A stretch of 32,000 nt of DNA from Alkalilimnicola ehrlichii MLHE-1 (GCF_000014785.1 NC_008340.1:1080001-1112000); one strand, 5' to 3'; positions 20,217-29,770 are shown, numbered from the stretch's first letter. Notes: generated by a model from the letters alone, not told the origin. Numbers and translations are program-made.

Positions 20217-20556
20217 GGTGGTCACCTCAGGCGTTGGGTCGGGTCTCGGGTCCGGCGGTTGTGCTCCCGCCGAATTCACTTTCAGGTTAGGCCCAGGTGG
20301 CGTTCGCGGTAATTCGGCTGATTACCTAGCAGGAACTACGTAGCCCCAGGCATTGGCTTCGCTATGCTTGGTTAGAGGGCGCGGAGTCCCCCCCTGTGAT
20401 TGGGAGGAACGGGGCAGCCGTTGTCATCGCGAGCCCCACCCCCCGCTGCGCGGGCCCGACCCCCCGCTGCGCGGGCGCGAATCAGGGAAGAACGGCGGGG
20501 CTGCCATGGCGAGGGCCGCGGGTTTTCGGTCGTCATCGCGAGGGGGCGCCCCACCC

Positions 20557-21098
20557 GTCATCGCGAGGGCCGAAGGCCCGCGGCGATCCAGGGCGGTAGA
20601 CTGCCGCGTCGGCTTCGCCTCCTCGCAGTGACGGTGGGGGTGGGGCCGCGCTCGCAGTGAGGGTAGGGGGCGCCCGCAGCGTCTGGCCATGTTCATCAAG
20701 AGGGCCGAAGGGTGCCCCCCGTCATCGCGAGGGCCGAAGGCCCGTGGCGATCCAGGGCGGTAGACTGCCGCGTCGGCTTCGCCTCCTCGCAGTGACGGTG
20801 GGGGCGATCTTCCGCTTCCGGCACAGTCAAGTTCTTCAAGAGGGCCGAAGGGTGCCCCCCGTCATCGCGAGGGCCGAAGGCCCGTGGCGATCCAGAGGGG
20901 TAGACTGCCACGTCGCTTCGCTCCTCGCAGTGACGGTGGAGGTGGGCCCGCGCTCGCAGTGACGGTGGAGGTGGGTCCGCGCTCGCAGTGACGGTGGGGG
21001 CCACCACCATCCCGTCATCGCGAGGAGCGCAGCGACGCGGCGATCCACACGCCGGCCTGGACTGCCACGCCCCTTCGGGGCTCGCAGCGACGGTGGGG
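20557..21098. repeat. Cluster of ~85-bp palindromic-ended intergenic repeats (four units)
   Basis: Near-identical units at about 20557-20640, 20721-20804 and 20861-20941, and a divergent one at about 21013-21098. Each begins CGTCATCGCGAGG and ends CCTCGCAGTGACGG (copy 4: CTCGCAGCGACGG), which are inverted versions of each other. Confidence 0.85.
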
Positions 21099-21162
21099 AT
21101 GGGCTTGCGGTCGCAGTGGCGGTGGGGACGGGTCCGCGTTTGCAGTGATAGGGGAGGTGGCC

Positions 21163-21444
21163 ATGGCTCAAGATCGCGTGCCAATCGATGCCGATGACAT
21201 CGACGATTTCCTTCACCACTGGGCAGGTCTGGCCGAACTCTGCACGCAAGGCGGTTGGATCGACAATGACACCCTGGCTTGGCATGTGACGGGGCAAACG
21301 GGGCACCGGGTACGGCTATTCGTCCAGTTCGAGGAGGTGCTCATGGAGGGTTCCGGGTGCAGGGCCGGGGAGGCGCAATGCCACGGCTATGTGGTCGTGC
21401 AACTCAACCCATCGGGGGGCGTGGCCGGGGCCAGGGTGGAGTAG
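21163..21444 (+). CDS. Hypothetical protein (93 aa)
   Basis: MAQDRVPIDADDIDDFLHHWAGLAELCTQGGWIDNDTLAWHVTGQTGHRVRLFVQFEEVLMEGSGCRAGEAQCHGYVVVQLNPSGG... Protein-like composition, GGGGAGG upstream. Confidence 0.6.
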   Translation: MAQDRVPIDADDIDDFLHHWAGLAELCTQGGWIDNDTLAWHVTGQTGHRVRLFVQFEEVLMEGSGCRAGEAQCHGYVVVQLNPSGGVAGARVE

Positions 21445-21715
21445 GGCCCGAGCAGACCGCCAAATATGGCATGACGATGGGTGATTTGCCGGGGTGAGGC
21501 GGCATTTCACGCGGCCCTCTGCCATTGATAGCAGGGTCTGTCCTGCGGTGGTGCCACCGGTGGCAGCACCTAAGGGGCCCACGCCCCATGAATCAGCGCT
21601 TTGCCCGCCAAGGCTCGCTCCCCGTCCGGGTGGTGCCGTTTGGCAGGCATCTTGCTCCTTTGGCTGTGATTCCATCGGTTCGATGCCGATACGCAACCAC
21701 GGAGCCTTAATCCCT

Positions 21716-22174
21716 ATGAGCATTCTCTTGACGGTTCACATGCTGGCCACTGTGATCTGGGTGGGCGGTATGTTTTTCTCCTGGATGATCCTTCGGCCGG
21801 CCAGCGCGGTGTTGGAGGGCCCCGATCGCCTCGCGCTCTGGAGCGATGTGCTGTCCCGGTTTTTTAAGTGGGTTTGGGTGGTTGTTATTGCCATTACCGT
21901 TAGCGGCTATTGGTTGGTTTACGGCTATTACGGGGGGATGGAGAACGTCCGCCTCTATGTCCACCTGATGAGTGCCACCGCCTGGCTGATGATCGCGGTC
22001 TTCCTGTTCGCCTATTTCCTCCCCTACCGGCGGTTTCAGGTTGCGGTTGCGGAGGGGGACAGCGCTATGGCATGCCGCCATATGACCGGCATCCGGCGCT
22101 TGGTCCTGACAAACCTGGTGCTGGGCCTGTTTACCACCGTGACCGCCACGGCCGGGCCCTTCCTCCCGTACTGA
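21716..22174 (+). CDS. CopD-family integral membrane protein
   Basis: MSILLTVHMLATVIWVGGMFFSWMILRPASAVL...FFKWVWVVVIAITVSGYWLVYGYYGGMENVRLYVHLMSATAWLMIAVFLFAYF. Start trimmed to 21716. Confidence 0.75.
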   Translation: MSILLTVHMLATVIWVGGMFFSWMILRPASAVLEGPDRLALWSDVLSRFFKWVWVVVIAITVSGYWLVYGYYGGMENVRLYVHLMSATAWLMIAVFLFAYFLPYRRFQVAVAEGDSAMACRHMTGIRRLVLTNLVLGLFTTVTATAGPFLPY

Positions 22175-22241
22175 CCACGCAACACGATGGCCGGCGTCAT
22201 GCCGGTCTCCGGCACTGATAAACAAAAGAGGATTATGAGCC

Positions 22242-22646
22242 ATGAAAACAGCGATTCCGGTCAACACCCAGGGGCGTGTTTCCGGGCACTTCGCCAAAGC
22301 GCCGTATATGTTGGTGCTGACGGATGAAGGACAGCGTCAGTGGGTCGCCAACCCCATGGATGCCGACCGCTGCAGCGGTCGTTGTAAGCTGCTGGCTGAA
22401 TTGGAGCAGGCAGGTGTCACCCGTGTATTGGTCCGCCAGATCGGTCAGCGGACGTTGGGCCGGTTTTTGCGGGCGGGGTTGCAGGTGTACCGACTGCCGG
22501 CAGGGGCAACAGCCCTGCCCCGGGCCGCTGCGATTCCGGCAGAGGCGCAAGCATTGAGCCAGGCCTCGCAGGGCCGGCCCTCCAAGCCCCGCGCCAGCCA
22601 CGGCGAAGGCACCGCGGGCATGACGGGCTGTTGCGGACACCACTAG
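22242..22646 (+). CDS. NifX/NifB-like (dinitrogenase iron-molybdenum cofactor biosynthesis fold) protein
   Basis: MKTAIPVNTQGRVSGHFAKAPYMLVLTDEG...CKLLAELEQAGVTRVLVRQIGQRTLGRFLRAGLQVYRL matches the NifX-like fold pattern. Cys/His tail (TGCCGHH). Confidence 0.7.
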   Translation: MKTAIPVNTQGRVSGHFAKAPYMLVLTDEGQRQWVANPMDADRCSGRCKLLAELEQAGVTRVLVRQIGQRTLGRFLRAGLQVYRLPAGATALPRAAAIPAEAQALSQASQGRPSKPRASHGEGTAGMTGCCGHH

Positions 22647-22694
22647 ACGGGCCCCATCCACGACGCGGGCCCATCATTTGATCGAGGAGGCGCG

Positions 22695-23363
22695 ATGACC
22701 GGGCTCAGCATCGGACTGGACGAGCGTCTGGGCACCTATCTTCAGGCGGTGGGCGTGCGCGAGGACGACACCCTGCGCCGCCTGCGCGAGGCCACGGCGG
22801 AACTGCCCAATGCCCAGATGCAGAGCGCGCCCGAGCAGGGGGCGTTGATGCAACTGCTGGCGCGGCTGATGGGCGCGCGCCGGGTGATCGAGGTGGGTAC
22901 CTTTACCGGCTATGGTGCGTTGTGGATGGCGCGGGCGCTGCCGGCGGACGGGCGGCTGGTTTGCTGCGAACTGGAGCAGCGCTATATCGATTTCGCCCGA
23001 CCCTACTGGCGGGAGGCGGAGGTCGAGGGGCGTATCGAGGTTCGCCTGGGGCCGGCGCTGGCGACGCTGGACGCGCTGCTGGCAGAGGGCGGGGCCGGGG
23101 CCTGGGACATGGCCTTCATCGACGCCGACAAGACCGGCTACGTGGACTACTACGAGCGCTGCCTGCGGCTGGTCCGCGACAATGGGCTGATCCTGGTCGA
23201 CAACACGCTCTGGTATGGCCGGGTGGCCGACCCCGAGGTGGCGGATGAGAGCACGGAGGCGATCCGGCATTTCAATCGGTCTGTGGCCGAGGACGACCGG
23301 GTGGACGTGGCCCTGGTGCCGATCGCCGATGGCCTGACCTTCTGCCGCAAGCGGGCCGAATGA
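22695..23363 (+). CDS. SAM-dependent O-methyltransferase (family 3)
   Basis: RRVIEVGTFTGYGALWMARALPADGRLVCCELEQRYIDFARPYW...AFIDADKTGYVDYYERCLRLVRDNGLILVDNTLWYGRV. Confidence 0.9.
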   Translation: MTGLSIGLDERLGTYLQAVGVREDDTLRRLREATAELPNAQMQSAPEQGALMQLLARLMGARRVIEVGTFTGYGALWMARALPADGRLVCCELEQRYIDFARPYWREAEVEGRIEVRLGPALATLDALLAEGGAGAWDMAFIDADKTGYVDYYERCLRLVRDNGLILVDNTLWYGRVADPEVADESTEAIRHFNRSVAEDDRVDVALVPIADGLTFCRKRAE

Positions 23364-23376
23364 CGGTGGTGCCGCG

Positions 23377-24183
23377 GTGGCGCGCTTGCCGGGCAAGGGG
23401 GCGCTGATGCGCAGCGGCGGGCTGTGGCTGACACTGCTCGGTGCGGCGCTGGTGGCGGCGGTCTGGCTCTGGGTGCCGCCCATTCCCCAGCCGGAGGCTT
23501 ACCACGACTTCGCCGATCAGCGGCGGGTGCTGGGCATCCCTCATTTCGGCGATGTGATCTCGAATGGGGTGTTCCTGCTCGTGGGGCTGTACGGCCTGCT
23601 CCAGACCCGCCGGCTGCAGGCCCGCCAGACCTTCCGGCCCGCGACCGATGCCTGGCCCTATTACGCCCTGTTTGCAGCTACCGTGGGGGTGGCCTTCGGC
23701 TCCATCTATTACCACCTGGACCCGGACCATTGGCGGCTCTACTGGGATCGGTTGCCTATCAGCCTCGCCTTCATGGCAATCTTCACGGCGGTGCTGGGCG
23801 AGCGCCTGCCCGCCCGTGTGACCCCCTGGCTGCTACCGCTGCTGCTACTGATCGGTGCCGCCGGGGCGACCCACTGGCTGGTTACCGAGCTGTCGGGGCA
23901 GGGCGATTTGCGGCTTTACCTGCTGGTCCAGGCGGTACCCATCCTGGTGGCCGTGGTCTGGATCGGGATGCGGGGCGGGCGTTATACCCGCGGCGGGGAT
24001 GTGATTGCCGCCGCCGGCTGGTATCTGTTGGCCCTGGTGCTGGAGAATCTGGACGCGCTGGTGTTCGAGGCCACCGGCGGTTGGGTCAGCGGCCATACCC
24101 TCAAGCACCTGCTCGCGGGGGTGGCGCTGTACTGGCTGGCGCGGATGCTGCGCCTGCGCCGCCGCCGCGGCGCACTGGCCTGA
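23377..24183 (+). CDS. Ceramidase-like (alkaline phytoceramidase superfamily) multi-pass membrane protein
   Basis: YHDFADQRRVLGIPHFGDVISNGVFLLVGLYGL...GSIYYHLDPDHWRLYWDRLPISLAFMAIF...SGHTLKHLLAGVALYWL. Conserved His/Asp pattern in transmembrane segments. Confidence 0.65.
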   Translation: MARLPGKGALMRSGGLWLTLLGAALVAAVWLWVPPIPQPEAYHDFADQRRVLGIPHFGDVISNGVFLLVGLYGLLQTRRLQARQTFRPATDAWPYYALFAATVGVAFGSIYYHLDPDHWRLYWDRLPISLAFMAIFTAVLGERLPARVTPWLLPLLLLIGAAGATHWLVTELSGQGDLRLYLLVQAVPILVAVVWIGMRGGRYTRGGDVIAAAGWYLLALVLENLDALVFEATGGWVSGHTLKHLLAGVALYWLARMLRLRRRRGALA

Positions 24184-24187
24184 GCGG

Positions 24188-24910
24188 TTACCAGCCGCCC
24201 CGTTCGGCGACAAAGGGGGCGCTGCTGATTCGGCTCACGTAGCGCTCCCCGGCCGCGCTGCCGCCGCCATTCATCACCCGGGTGATGCCGACGTTGTAGG
24301 CGCGCAGGGCGCAGTCCCAGTCGCTGTCACACAGATGGTAATAGGAGGACAGCACCCGGGCGCCGGCGCGGATGTTTTCGCCCGGCTCGTACAGGTTGTA
24401 CCCCAACTCGCTCCAATACTCGGGGCGGAGCTGGGCCGGCCCGACAGCACCCACGGAGGAGCGCACGTCCACCCGGAAGGAGGACTCCACCGCCACCACG
24501 GCCGCCAGCAGTTCGGGCGGCACCTGGTAGGCCTCGGCGGCGCTCTCGATCCAGTCGGCGAACTGGCGGGCCCGCGCCGCGCCCATGGGGTAGTGCTCGG
24601 CGATCTGGTCGTAGAGCGGGCGCGGATCAGCCGGCTGTGCCGCGTCGGGCTCGTTGTCGAATACCTCGTGGCGTCCGGCCATCCACAGGCGGACGAGGTT
24701 CTCCAGCGGCGGCTGGAGCCAGGGGTGGTGTTGCCAGAGATCAGCGGTGGCCTGAAGGACGGCGGCCTCGTCGGCCGCCGCCGTGCCCGGGTGGGTGACG
24801 GGCTTATGGTTGTTGAGCATGAGGATACCCAGCCACGCCACGACTAGGGCCAGCAGGCTGCTGACCATCAGGTCCTGAACGCGCAGGTTTTGTATCAGTT
24901 GTGAATGCAT
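24188..24910 (-). CDS. Lytic transglycosylase (SLT domain), membrane-anchored
   Basis: AYQVPPELLAAVVAVESSFRVDVRSSVGAVGPAQLRPEYWSELGYNLYEPGENIRAGARVLSSYYHL...ALRAYNVGITRVMNG. Start trimmed to the ATG at 24910. Confidence 0.85.
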   Translation of the reverse strand: MHSQLIQNLRVQDLMVSSLLALVVAWLGILMLNNHKPVTHPGTAAADEAAVLQATADLWQHHPWLQPPLENLVRLWMAGRHEVFDNEPDAAQPADPRPLYDQIAEHYPMGAARARQFADWIESAAEAYQVPPELLAAVVAVESSFRVDVRSSVGAVGPAQLRPEYWSELGYNLYEPGENIRAGARVLSSYYHLCDSDWDCALRAYNVGITRVMNGGGSAAGERYVSRISSAPFVAERGGW

Positions 24911-25175
24911 GAGTACCCTCCCACCACCGTGATGGTGCGACGCAGCATAACGCGAATATTGGTGCGCTGCAACAATTTCTGCCCCGAGGGTGCCCGATGG
25001 CCGGCCCGGCCTTGGCGCAGTGGCGATGCCGTTTGCCGAGCACCCACTCTGCGGGCAGAATGAAGCGCCCTGCGGGCCGGTTGCCGCCACCGGCCCGCCG
25101 CCGTACACCGAATGCCTTCGCCGGCCCGGAGGCCCGCGCCGGCCCCGGGCCCATCGCTGATTCATGGAGACGCCC

Positions 25176-27425
25176 ATGGCGAGTAGCGCCGATAGCCTGG
25201 AGTTTGAGACCCGACCGCTGCGAGAGTTCACCGAGAAGGCGTACCTGGACTATTCCATGTACGTCATCCTGGACCGCGCCCTGCCCAACGTGGGGGACGG
25301 CCTGAAGCCGGTGCAGCGGCGCATCGTCTACGCCATGTCCGAGCTCGGGCTGTCCAATCTCGCCAAGTACAAAAAGAGCGCGCGCACGGTGGGTGACGTG
25401 CTGGGCAAGTACCACCCCCATGGCGATTCGGCCTGTTACGAGGCCATGGTGCTCATGGCCCAGCCCTTCTCCTACCGCTATCCGCTGGTGGACGGGCAGG
25501 GCAATTGGGGCAGCGCCGACGACCCCAAGTCCTTCGCCGCCATGCGCTATACCGAGGCGCGGCTGGCGCCGTACGCCAAGCTGCTGTTGCAGGAGCTGGG
25601 GCAGGGCACGGTGGATTGGGTGCCCAACTTCGACGGCACCATGGAGGAGCCGGGGCTGCTGCCCGCCCGTGTCCCCAATGTGCTGCTGAACGGCGGTACC
25701 GGGATCGCCGTGGGCATGGCCACGGACATCCCGCCCCACAACCTGCGCGAGGTGGTCAGCGCCTGTGTGCACCTGCTGGATGAACCGGAGGCCGATACCG
25801 TCGCCCTGATGGCCCACGTGCCCGCCCCGGACTTCCCCACCGAGGCGGAGATCATCACGGCCAAGGACGACATCCGGCGCATCTACGAGACCGGCAACGG
25901 CACCCTGCGCATGCGCGCCCGTTACGAGCGCGAGAACGGCGACATCATCGTTACCGCGCTGCCCTATCAGGTCTCCGGCAGCAAGGTGCTGGAGCAGATT
26001 GCCGGCCAGATGCAGTCGAAGAAGCTGCCGATGGTCGAGGACCTGCGCGATGAGTCGGACCACGAGAACCCCACCCGCCTGGTGATCACGCCACGCTCCA
26101 ACCGGGTGGATATCCACCGGGTGATGGAGCACCTGTTTGCCACCACCGACCTGGAGAAGAACTACCGGGTCAACCTCAACGTCATCGCCCTGGACGGCCG
26201 GCCGCGGGTGCTGGGGCTGCGCGAACTGCTGCTGGAGTGGCTGACCTTCCGGACCGATACCGTGCGCCGGCGGCTGAACTGGCGGCTGCAGAAGGTGCAG
26301 GACCGGCTGCACATCCTCGAGGGCCTGCTGATCGCCTACCTCAATATCGACGAGGTGATCGCCATCATCCGCGAGGAGGATGAGCCCAAGCCGGTGCTTA
26401 TGGCCCGTTTCGGGCTCAGTGAGCGTCAGGCCGAGGCCATCCTGGAGCTCAAGCTGCGCCACCTGGCCAAGCTCGAGGAGATGAAGATCCGCGGCGAGCA
26501 GGGGGACCTGGAGAGGGAGCGCGACGAGTTGCAGACCATCCTGGGTTCGGATGAGCGGCTGCGCGAGCTTATCAAAGAGGAGCTGCGGGCCGACGCCGAG
26601 CAGTACGGCGATGAGCGCCGCTCCCCGCTGGTGACCCGCTCCGCCGCCCGGGCCCTGGACGAGACCGACCTGATGCCCAGCGAGCCGGTCACCGTGGTGC
26701 TCTCCGAGAAGGGTTGGGTGCGCGCGGCCAAGGGCCATGAAGTGGACGCCCCCGGGCTCAACTACAAGGCGGGCGACCAGTACCGCGATCACGCCCCGGG
26801 GCGGAGTAACCAGCAGGCGGTCTTCCTGGACCACACCGGGCGCAGCTACTCGCTGACGGCACACACCCTGCCCTCGGCCCGGGGCCAGGGCGAGCCGCTG
26901 ACCGGACGGCTGTCGCCGGCCCCGGGCGCGCGCTTCGAGCACGTGCTCTGCGGCGATCCGGCCAGCCTCTGGGTGCTGGCCACCGACGCCGGCTACGGTT
27001 TTGTCTGCGCGCTCTCCGACATGTACGCCAAGAACCGCTCCGGCAAGGCACTGCTCACCGTGCCCCAGGGCGCGCGGGTACTGGCCCCGACCCCGGCCAC
27101 CGCGGACGAGGGCGCGGAGCTGGCGGCCGTCTCCAGCGGCGGCCGGTTGCTGGTCTTCCCGCTTTCCGAGCTGCCGCGACTGGCCAAGGGCAAGGGCAAC
27201 AAGATCATCGGTATCCCGGCGGCGGCGGTGAAGGCGCGCGAGGAGCTGCTGACCGGGCTGGCGGTGATCGCCCCGGGCCAGGGGCTGAGCCTGACGGTGG
27301 GGCGGCGGGGCATGACCCTGAAGCCCGACGACCTGGCCGCCTACCGCGCCCCCCGCGGCCGTCGTGGCGCGCTGTTGCCGCGTGGGCTGCGCCGGGTGGA
27401 TGCCATCGAGCCGGTGGACCTCTAA
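25176..27425 (+). CDS. parC: DNA topoisomerase IV subunit A
   Basis: [44 protein letters not shown]...[62 protein letters not shown]. Confidence 0.97.
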   Translation: MASSADSLEFETRPLREFTEKAYLDYSMYVILDRALPNVGDGLKPVQRRIVYAMSELGLSNLAKYKKSARTVGDVLGKYHPHGDSACYEAMVLMAQPFSYRYPLVDGQGNWGSADDPKSFAAMRYTEARLAPYAKLLLQELGQGTVDWVPNFDGTMEEPGLLPARVPNVLLNGGTGIAVGMATDIPPHNLREVVSACVHLLDEPEADTVALMAHVPAPDFPTEAEIITAKDDIRRIYETGNGTLRMRARYERENGDIIVTALPYQVSGSKVLEQIAGQMQSKKLPMVEDLRDESDHENPTRLVITPRSNRVDIHRVMEHLFATTDLEKNYRVNLNVIALDGRPRVLGLRELLLEWLTFRTDTVRRRLNWRLQKVQDRLHILEGLLIAYLNIDEVIAIIREEDEPKPVLMARFGLSERQAEAILELKLRHLAKLEEMKIRGEQGDLERERDELQTILGSDERLRELIKEELRADAEQYGDERRSPLVTRSAARALDETDLMPSEPVTVVLSEKGWVRAAKGHEVDAPGLNYKAGDQYRDHAPGRSNQQAVFLDHTGRSYSLTAHTLPSARGQGEPLTGRLSPAPGARFEHVLCGDPASLWVLATDAGYGFVCALSDMYAKNRSGKALLTVPQGARVLAPTPATADEGAELAAVSSGGRLLVFPLSELPRLAKGKGNKIIGIPAAAVKAREELLTGLAVIAPGQGLSLTVGRRGMTLKPDDLAAYRAPRGRRGALLPRGLRRVDAIEPVDL

Positions 27426-27444
27426 CCCGGTGCGCCGCCGGGTT
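27424..27444. terminator. Short hairpin spanning both stop codons of convergent parC and metal permease gene
   Basis: AACCCG (27424-27429), 9-nt loop, CGGGTT (27439-27444); genes converge with an 18-bp gap. Confidence 0.35.
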
Positions 27445-28241
27445 CAGCGGGCGGCCGGGGCCGCCCCGGCCGGCAGGCGCAGTACTGCCAGCAGCGCCAG
27501 CAGGGCCACCAGCACCGGTGAGAAGGGCAGGTCGGCGGCCATGGCCAGGACAAAGGCGGCCAGGTAGCTGAGCACGCCCAGGGCCATGGACCAGGCGACG
27601 GCGCGCCGCCAGCCCGCCGCCCGGCGGTAGGCCACCCAGGCCGGGATGAAGATCAGCGCGAAGGCGGACATCACCCCCATGGCGGTGGCCGCCACCGCGA
27701 TGCCCAGGGCGGCCAGGGCCTCGAAGGCCAGGACGGTGCGCAGCACCGGGCGGCGGTTGGCCCGATCGTGGCCGGGAAAGACCTGTTCGCGCAGCAGCCG
27801 CGGCGACAGCCAGGGCAGGGCGATCAGGGCGAGCAGGGCCAGGCCGAGCGCCAACTGGAGGTGGTCGCTGCCGGTGAAATAGAGCTGGCCGTCCACCAGC
27901 GCCTGGCCGGTGAGCTTGGCGTGGTGGCTCAGCGACGCGCCCAGCAGCATGGCACTCCAGCCGAGCACGATCAGCAGCGCGTAGACATCGTTGCCCGCCC
28001 GCCGCATCAGGCCCTTCACCCCCACCGCGACCAGCGCCGTCAACAGCGCCGCCGGCAGCAGCGGGGCGCTGATCAGGCTGCCGGCCACGGCGCCGGCGCC
28101 GGCCACGTGGGCAAAGCCCAGGGCGGCCAGCCACTCCTCGCGCAGGCGCAGGTAGAGCCCCAGCACCGGCAGCAGGGCGGCGAGCACCACGCCGGTGAGA
28201 AAGGGCATCCGGAAGAGGGGGTCGAACAGCAGTTCCATCAT
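27444..28241 (-). CDS. Metal (probably zinc) ABC transporter permease
   Basis: ZnuB-like topology: MELLFDPLFRMPFLTGVVLAALLPVLGLYLRLREEWLAALGFAHVAGAGAVAGSLI...YALLIVLGWSAMLLGA...AFALIFIPAWVAYRRA. Confidence 0.85.
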   Translation of the reverse strand: MMELLFDPLFRMPFLTGVVLAALLPVLGLYLRLREEWLAALGFAHVAGAGAVAGSLISAPLLPAALLTALVAVGVKGLMRRAGNDVYALLIVLGWSAMLLGASLSHHAKLTGQALVDGQLYFTGSDHLQLALGLALLALIALPWLSPRLLREQVFPGHDRANRRPVLRTVLAFEALAALGIAVAATAMGVMSAFALIFIPAWVAYRRAAGWRRAVAWSMALGVLSYLAAFVLAMAADLPFSPVLVALLALLAVLRLPAGAAPAAR

Positions 28242-28813
28242 GCCTGGGCGGCCTCCATGTCCACGACCCGGTGACAGACCCGGTCCACCAGCGCCTGCTC
28301 GTGACTGACCATGACCACCGCCCGGTTGGCGGGCAGGGTGGCCAGGGCCTCACTGAGCAAATCCAGGCCCTCGCGATCCAGGTTGTTGCCCGGCTCGTCC
28401 AAAAGGATCAGGCGGGCGCCGCTGTAGAGCACCGCCCAGACGGCCAGGATCTGGCGCTGGCCACCGCTCAGCCGGTCCACCCGGCGGTGAGTGAGCCCGG
28501 CCAGGCGCGCGGGCAGGCCGGTGCCGTCGTGGCCCATCAGCCGGAGCAGCTCGCCCCCGGTGAGCGGGATCTCGCCGCGGGTGGCCGGGCTTTGCGCCTG
28601 CAGGGCGATACCGGCGGCGGTGTCGCGCTCGATCTGACCCTCGAAGACCCGGGCCTCGCCGGTCACCGCCTTAAGGACGGTGGATTTGCCGCAGCCGTTG
28701 GGGCCGGTCAGGCCAATGATCTCGCCGGCGCGTACCTGCAACGAAAAGGGGCCGACCACCGGGGTACGGTAGCCGGCCCGCAGGTTGCGGATGTCGAGTA
28801 AGGGAGTGTCCAT
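28238..28813 (-). CDS. Metal ABC transporter ATP-binding protein
   Basis: Walker A GPNGCGKSTVL, signature LSGGQRQ, Walker B LILLDEPGNNLD, H-loop VMVSHEQA. Confidence 0.93.
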   Translation of the reverse strand: MDTPLLDIRNLRAGYRTPVVGPFSLQVRAGEIIGLTGPNGCGKSTVLKAVTGEARVFEGQIERDTAAGIALQAQSPATRGEIPLTGGELLRLMGHDGTGLPARLAGLTHRRVDRLSGGQRQILAVWAVLYSGARLILLDEPGNNLDREGLDLLSEALATLPANRAVVMVSHEQALVDRVCHRVVDMEAAQA

Positions 28814-28819
28814 GACGCC

Positions 28820-29698
28820 TTAGGGAACCATGGCCTCCACCCAGCGATCAATCAGCGCCAGGTAATCGTCCAGGTCACCGTTAACGGGGACCCCGGTGGG
28901 CAGCCCCTGGCTCGGCCAGCCAAGCTGCTCGGCCATAAAGTCCGGCCCGCGGCCGGGCTGGAACTCGGCCCGCAGGATGACGCCCTCGGTGCCCTCCAGC
29001 CGGCGCACCAGGTCGCGCAGGTGGGAGGCCGTGGGCTCCACGCCGGGCAGCGGCTCGACATAGCCGAGCCGTTCCACGCCCAGGCGCTCCAGCAGGTAGT
29101 CGGCGTCCTCGTGGTAGAGCAGCACGCCGGGACTCTGCGCCACGGTGGCCTCCCACTCCGGCAGGCGCGCCTCCACCGCCTCGGCGAAGCGCCGGGCATT
29201 GGCCTGATAGCTCTGGGCGTTGGCCTCGTCCAGCTCGCCCATGCGCTCGGCCAGCACCCCGGCCACGGTGGCCAGGCGCACCGGGTCCAGGTAGATGTGG
29301 GGGTTGCCCTCCGGGTGGACGTCGCCCTGGGCCCGGTCGGCGGCCACGCCGGTGCCGATGCGCTCCACCTGGGCGGCAGCCTCGAAGTAGCCGCTGCGCC
29401 CCGGACGGATGGCGGGATTGGCGGCGCCGTCGATGGCCGGCGGCAGCCAGCCGATCTCCAGCTCGGCCCCCACGGCGACCACCAGATCAGCCCGGCGCAG
29501 GTGGGTCATCATGTTCGGGCGCACGCTCAGGTAGTGGGCGTCGCGGTCCGGCGGGGCCAGGACGGTGACGTTGACGTGCTCGCCGCCGACGGTGCGGGCG
29601 AGCATGCCCATGTTGCTGGTGGTGGCCACCACGTTCATCCCGGCCTGGGCGAGACCGGCGAACAGCAACAGGGCGATTGCGAGTATCCAGCGGTGCAT
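28820..29698 (-). CDS. Metal ABC transporter substrate-binding protein (ZnuA/TroA-like)
   Basis: Signal peptide, then MNVVATTSNMGMLARTVGGEHVNVTVLAPPDRDAHYLSVRPNMMTHLRRADLVVAVGAELEIGWLP...GNPHIYLDPVRLATVAGVLAERM...LLYHEDADYLLERL. Confidence 0.9.
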   Translation of the reverse strand: MHRWILAIALLLFAGLAQAGMNVVATTSNMGMLARTVGGEHVNVTVLAPPDRDAHYLSVRPNMMTHLRRADLVVAVGAELEIGWLPPAIDGAANPAIRPGRSGYFEAAAQVERIGTGVAADRAQGDVHPEGNPHIYLDPVRLATVAGVLAERMGELDEANAQSYQANARRFAEAVEARLPEWEATVAQSPGVLLYHEDADYLLERLGVERLGYVEPLPGVEPTASHLRDLVRRLEGTEGVILRAEFQPGRGPDFMAEQLGWPSQGLPTGVPVNGDLDDYLALIDRWVEAMVP

Positions 29699-29734
29699 TC
29701 TGTGTCTCCTCGCCTTGAATGAGTGTCACGGTTT

Positions 29735-29770
29735 GACCGCCTGGCGGGCGTAAGGGCCCGGCAGGCGGTC
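29735..29770. promoter_or_regulatory. Strong inverted repeat in the intercistronic gap upstream of the substrate-binding protein gene
   Basis: GACCGCCTG (29735-29743) / CAGGCGGTC (29762-29770) with inner CGGGC (29745-29749) / GCCCG (29756-29760). Confidence 0.65.

Noticed and set aside
20924-20999. 29-bp tandem units considered as a CRISPR array
   Set aside because: Units are directly adjacent with no spacers and are continuous with the palindromic repeat ends.
20696-21306. 162-aa and 156-aa minus ORFs rich in HRHCE-type repeats
   Set aside because: These are translations of the ~85-bp intergenic repeats; such frames are common misannotations, not a protein family.
25400-25500. Possible quinolone-resistance changes in parC
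   Set aside because: The QRDR reads [22 protein letters not shown], the usual susceptible-type residues.
24804-26942. 712-aa minus-strand ORF opposite parC
   Set aside because: Antisense shadow of parC; repetitive GC-rich translation without family features.
27205-28353. 382-aa minus ORF across parC end and the ABC permease
   Set aside because: Alternative frame of the permease gene; R/P/G-rich, no signal.
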